NCBI GenBank assembly: GCA_040753215.1
Contig: JBFMEZ010000029.1
Span: forward strand, 29,394-93,393
Source: Candidatus Micrarchaeota archaeon
GTDB taxonomy: Archaea; Micrarchaeota; Micrarchaeia; Anstonellales; Bilamarchaeaceae
Direction of reading: 5' to 3'
Length of the DNA: 64,000 nucleotides
Below, in pieces: positions 63,293-64,000 of the stretch. Made by a program: the position numbers and the translations under genes. Position 1 is the stretch's first letter, and each line of letters opens with the position of its first letter. The notes under the pieces are model-generated. The model had not been told where the DNA came from, made no database searches, and worked only from the letters and a program-made list of their open reading frames with translations.

Positions 63293-64000
63293 ATGCCTTC
63301 CCCAGCCGTAAGGACTCCCATATTTCAGGTGCCCGAGCTCTGCGGCCGCTACGGCGGCGCGGATGTACTCGTTGCCAGCCTCGGGGATGCGAACCGCACC
63401 GCAAAGGGCTTCCGGAACAGGGAGCTGATAAGGAGCCTCGGAACCACGTTGCCCGGGGCAAAGCACGTTGTTTTTGTCCAGATAACTACCGGCAACTCCG
63501 GATACGACCTCGGCATGGAGGCGAGGGAGGAGCAGAAGCGGAGCGGCAGGCGGATAGACGTGGTGAACATAGTCCGCAGGGGCATCCCAAAGGCGGTAAA
63601 AGAGAAGCTCGCCGCATGCTCCTTCGTGCACGAGATGGACCTCAGCCGCCTGGTAACCATGGAGGAGATGGGGAAAATCGCTAAAGAAATCACGGGATAC
63701 GAAGGCCCGGAGCACGAAATACTCGGGGTTGAGAAATACAACCTGAGCGAGGGTTACCGCGCACTGGTGAGGCAGATGGCAGGGGATGGCCTAAAGCCCA
63801 CTCATATATTCCTCCCCGCGGGAGGCGGGGAGTTGCTCACGGAAATTGCTGCAGAGGCAGAGAGGGTATGGGGGATAGGCGGTGCGCCCAAAATAGTTGG
63901 GGTCACCATACCGCAGAACGTCCTTGTGCACAAGGAAGATTTCATAAAAAGGCCGGGAAAGAGCATCGCAGACAAGCTCGTTTGCGGCTATTCGAGATTC
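63293..64000 (+). CDS. fold-type II PLP-dependent enzyme (Trp-synthase-beta superfamily), 3'-partial
   Basis: ITTGNSG and LPAGGGELL glycine loops; runs off window end. Confidence 0.45.
   Translation, partial: MPSPAVRTPIFQVPELCGRYGGADVLVASLGDANRTAKGFRNRELIRSLGTTLPGAKHVVFVQITTGNSGYDLGMEAREEQKRSGRRIDVVNIVRRGIPKAVKEKLAACSFVHEMDLSRLVTMEEMGKIAKEITGYEGPEHEILGVEKYNLSEGYRALVRQMAGDGLKPTHIFLPAGGGELLTEIAAEAERVWGIGGAPKIVGVTIPQNVLVHKEDFIKRPGKSIADKLVCGYSRF

Noticed and set aside
1-64000. CRISPR arrays, rRNA genes and additional tRNAs
   Set aside because: No regularly spaced direct repeats with unique spacers were seen. No rRNA-like conserved stretches were found. Scanning for T-arm-like GTTC[AG]A.TC motifs gave only the tRNA-Ser.

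Overview
This is a GC-rich (~60%) archaeal chromosomal segment. The archaeal assignment rests on aIF5B, Pth2, PurP, archaeal AdkA, Cbf5, Taw1, eL/eS ribosomal proteins and the canonical gene order L3-L4-L23-L2-S19-L22-S3-L29-SUI1-S17-L14-L24-S4e-L5-S14-S8-L6-L32e-L19e-L18-S5-L30-L15-SecY-Adk-DUF106-L34e-Cmk-L14e-Cbf5, with S13-S4-S11-RpoD further downstream. Besides housekeeping genes the window holds a nested insertion-sequence pair, an IS1595-like element, one tRNA-Ser, several AT-rich islands that look horizontally acquired, and many short repeats. The most unusual feature is a family of small hairpin elements, with at least 4 copies at pth2, rpl23, rpl29 and cmk. Each sits exactly at the 5' end of an essential gene and is flanked by an imperfect direct duplication of that gene's first 12-93 nt. 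Every copy forms a short 'decoy' ORF that reads through the element and stops at, or overlapping, the real start codon. A second candidate novelty is a four-member paralogous family of ~520-570-aa Cys-containing repeat proteins, which I could not assign to any family. Two copies are each paired with a TrmB-like regulator and two form an operon with an aminotransferase. They lie near two B12-binding radical-SAM/methyltransferase systems, one fused and one split, and near a DUF87-type ATPase. Other observations are an in-frame 93-nt highly structured palindromic insertion inside adk, recurrent CCGGTTTCC/palindromic intergenic modules, a MITE-like 119-bp element, and a duplicated promoter block and gene-end remnant around an ATPase gene. 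Coordinates I derived by hand may be off by 1-2 nt.
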